Below, in pieces: positions 61,704-64,000 of a DNA stretch of 64,000 nt; positions within the stretch are counted from its first letter, which is position 1, and each line of letters opens with the position of its first letter. The position numbers and the translations under genes are program-made. Below the pieces are notes generated by a model. It saw only the letters and a list, made by a program, of their open reading frames with translations. It was not told the DNA's origin and ran no database searches. The DNA is from Minisyncoccota bacterium (GTDB taxonomy: Archaea > Nanobdellota > Nanobdellia > Pacearchaeales > GW2011-AR1): the NCBI GenBank assembly GCA_035453125.1, contig DAOTCN010000001.1, positions 233,634 through 297,633 of the forward strand, given 5' to 3'.

Positions 61704-62129
61704 TTAAGCAACAGCAGTTCTTGAACTACCATCTTTTTTCGGACATGTTTTACCAGCGATTATTGCTGTTACATCTACATCATCACCAGCAGAAAGGGTC
61801 ACACCTAAATCAGTAGAAGGATTAAGAGTATCATATCCCCCAGTTACGATATCACCCGTAACTTTGTACTCGATACCTTTAACAAAAACATAATAACCAT
61901 CTATTTTTCCACCACCTGTTTTTCTTGCAACCCTAATTTCATCAGCACTAACATCAGCTTTTGAAACATCTAAAATAGTGTTCATACAATCAGCTACACT
62001 TGCAACTTCACCAGTTCCTTTAGATACAAAATTCTGAATTACAACCCATAATACTGCAATAGCTGCAATTACTAACAAGATCATTAATACTGTAGTAATA
62101 ATGTCTGAAAGACCTTTTTTACTTTTCAT
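61704..62129 (-). CDS. archaeal type IV pilin-like protein (class III signal peptide)
   Basis: MKSKKGLSDIITTVLMILLVIAAIAVLWVVI fits a KG-cleaved class III signal. The ATG at 62129 is favoured over 62156, but the start is ambiguous. Confidence 0.6.
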   Translation of the reverse strand: MKSKKGLSDIITTVLMILLVIAAIAVLWVVIQNFVSKGTGEVASVADCMNTILDVSKADVSADEIRVARKTGGGKIDGYYVFVKGIEYKVTGDIVTGGYDTLNPSTDLGVTLSAGDDVDVTAIIAGKTCPKKDGSSRTAVA

Positions 62130-62237
62130 TATAAAAATTTCTATACCTCCTTTCATTAAATATAAAGTATATTATACAACCTAAACTTTATATTTTAATA
62201 ATAGAAAATAGTATTTAAATATGTTGTGGTTAAGAAC

Positions 62238-63941
62238 TTAGTTATGAGTAAACCAGAATTCATATTCTTTTTTCTTTTTATCAAAATTGTCTAATCTGCA
62301 AAAGCCAAATCTCTCAAACTGAATAATTTCTCCAATTTTTAATTTTGAAATATTCTCTTCAGATAATCCAAAAACATAAGTTCCTTCAGGCATCATAACC
62401 TTTGTTTTAAGACCTTTTGAAACCCAATGAATTTTTGGTATTTCAGGTTTGTTTTCTTCAAAAGTAAATTCAGATTGTTTGTCTAGCTTAATATTATAAA
62501 GATACATAAGTCTAATCTGTTTTCCCTTGAATTTATTAAAATCTTTAAGTGAAACAAAAATTTCTTTTCCAACTAAAAGGTCTTTTGTTTTTGGTTTTTC
62601 TGGGTGATATTTTGTCTGAACTCTTTTTATTTGTGGGGCATTAGTTATTTCAATAGATACTGGATCTTGAACAAAAAAATATCTTTTTGCTTCACTGTCT
62701 AATTTTTTTCGATTTATTGAATATAAATCATCTACTGGAACAGTTATTTCATTTTGGTTTAATCCAATTTTTTCAACAAACTCTCTTATTGACTCTTGAA
62801 GAATACCTCTTCTTCTTAAACTTTGAACACTCCAAGTTCTGGGATCATCCCAACCTGAATAATCTCCGCTTAAAACCTCTCTTTGTGCTTTACTTTTGCT
62901 TAATTTTCCACCAATACCCTCTAATTTAATTAAACCACAGTGTATCAAATTTGGCCTTTTCCAACCAAAAATATCCCAAATATAATTCTCCATATCACCT
63001 TCAATCATAAGCTCTTTTCCACGAATTATATGAGTTACACCGAGAAGATGATCATCAATAGCCCAAGAAAATTCAAGCATTGGCCATACTTTATACTTAT
63101 TACCAACTTTAGGATGATATCTTTCTGAAATTCTGAATAATACTCTATCCCTAAATGCAGGATTTGGGTCTTGCATTGAAGTTTTAATTCTTAGAACATA
63201 TTCTCCTTGTTTTGACTTAAACATCTTTTTCCATCTTAATAACTGCTCACTTACTGGAAATTGTCTACAGGAACATTCTCTTTGAGCAACTCTATTCTCT
63301 TTTATTTCTTCTTGTTTACAACTGCAAACATATGCTTTATTTTTTTTAATAAGATCTTCTGCATATTTATAATAAATTTCAAGTCTATCTGATTTGTAAA
63401 TAATTGGTTTTTTATACTTAACTTTTAACCACTGAAAAGCTTCTTGAATTAATTTATAAGCTTCGGGCATAATTTTCTTTTCTTCACTTCCAACAGTATC
63501 ATCCATTACAAGAAGAACCTTTGCATTATATTTTTCAGCATATAAAGCATTTAACAAATAAGTTTTTGTATTTCCAAGGTGTAATGCTCCGGATGGAAAT
63601 GGAGCTAAACGAAAAACCATATTTTTAGAAACATTAGGGAGTTCTTTTAATGCTGGACTAAAATAAACTCTGTCTTTAACATATTCGCTATATTTCTCAA
63701 ATTCTTTTTTAACCTGGTCTTTGGGCATTTTATTTACTAAGTTAACAATTTCATTTATCTTAGGTAATATATCTTTAATCTGTTCTTTTTCCAGACCATG
63801 TTGAAATAATTTTGGTAAAATTATATTTGGTGCAGCTATTGGGTGTTCTAGTGCATTTTCAAGAGAATAGGCAAATATGTGATTTGTAAAATCTTTTTTT
63901 GTTTGAGATTTAGACTCTTTTTTAATTTCTTTTTTAACCAT
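62238..63941 (-). CDS. gltX: glutamyl-tRNA synthetase (archaeal type)
   Basis: 567 aa. FRLAPFPSGALHLGN (HIGH region), KLSKS, and a Glx-RS C-terminal beta-barrel region. Confidence 0.9.
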   Translation of the reverse strand: MVKKEIKKESKSQTKKDFTNHIFAYSLENALEHPIAAPNIILPKLFQHGLEKEQIKDILPKINEIVNLVNKMPKDQVKKEFEKYSEYVKDRVYFSPALKELPNVSKNMVFRLAPFPSGALHLGNTKTYLLNALYAEKYNAKVLLVMDDTVGSEEKKIMPEAYKLIQEAFQWLKVKYKKPIIYKSDRLEIYYKYAEDLIKKNKAYVCSCKQEEIKENRVAQRECSCRQFPVSEQLLRWKKMFKSKQGEYVLRIKTSMQDPNPAFRDRVLFRISERYHPKVGNKYKVWPMLEFSWAIDDHLLGVTHIIRGKELMIEGDMENYIWDIFGWKRPNLIHCGLIKLEGIGGKLSKSKAQREVLSGDYSGWDDPRTWSVQSLRRRGILQESIREFVEKIGLNQNEITVPVDDLYSINRKKLDSEAKRYFFVQDPVSIEITNAPQIKRVQTKYHPEKPKTKDLLVGKEIFVSLKDFNKFKGKQIRLMYLYNIKLDKQSEFTFEENKPEIPKIHWVSKGLKTKVMMPEGTYVFGLSEENISKLKIGEIIQFERFGFCRLDNFDKKKKEYEFWFTHN

Positions 63942-64000
63942 AATATTAATACTTAAAAAGCATTAATAAAGGTTTTGAAAATAAACAAAAACCTTGATTT

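Overview
This is an AT-rich (roughly 30% GC by eye), gene-dense archaeal chromosome segment. It is most consistent with a small-genome DPANN-type archaeon (Woese-/Pacearchaeota-like). That taxonomic call is an inference from gene content, not a database hit.

The core is informational housekeeping: uS12, uS7, aEF-2, aEF-1alpha, archaeal DnaG, SMC, RNase HII, Lhr helicase with an MPE phosphoesterase, aIF5B, Elp3, and Trp-, Thr- and Glu-tRNA synthetases. There are two tRNAs: tRNA-Met with a non-canonical D-loop intron, and tRNA-Ser. Between these lie accessory genes:
- three RelE-like toxin loci;
- an AbiE-like wHTH plus nucleotidyltransferase pair;
- a frameshifted LAGLIDADG gene next to a PD-(D/E)XK-like ORF;
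- bacterial-type singletons (PanD, MtlD, a Tat-lipoprotein SleB-like murein hydrolase, GDPD, SNase);
- several large surface proteins.

No CRISPR array, rRNA, integrase or transposase was seen.

Most notable observations:
1. The SMC gene has no hinge. A Rad50-type CPxC zinc-hook motif sits exactly at the coiled-coil midpoint.
2. tRNA-Met carries a 37-nt D-loop intron with a bulge-helix-bulge-like fold.
3. A 16-nt duplicate of the tRNA-Ser 3' end lies 113 bp downstream of that tRNA, resembling an att-site scar.
4. One promoter pattern recurs: a TTTAWAWA box ends 21-23 nt before the ATG, or before tRNA +1. This implies mostly leaderless mRNAs and allowed several start codons to be corrected.
5. 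Short palindromes or periodic repeats sit between the TATA box and the ATG of the regulator and antitoxin genes.
6. A single-pass surface receptor has a degenerate class III cyclase-homology domain.
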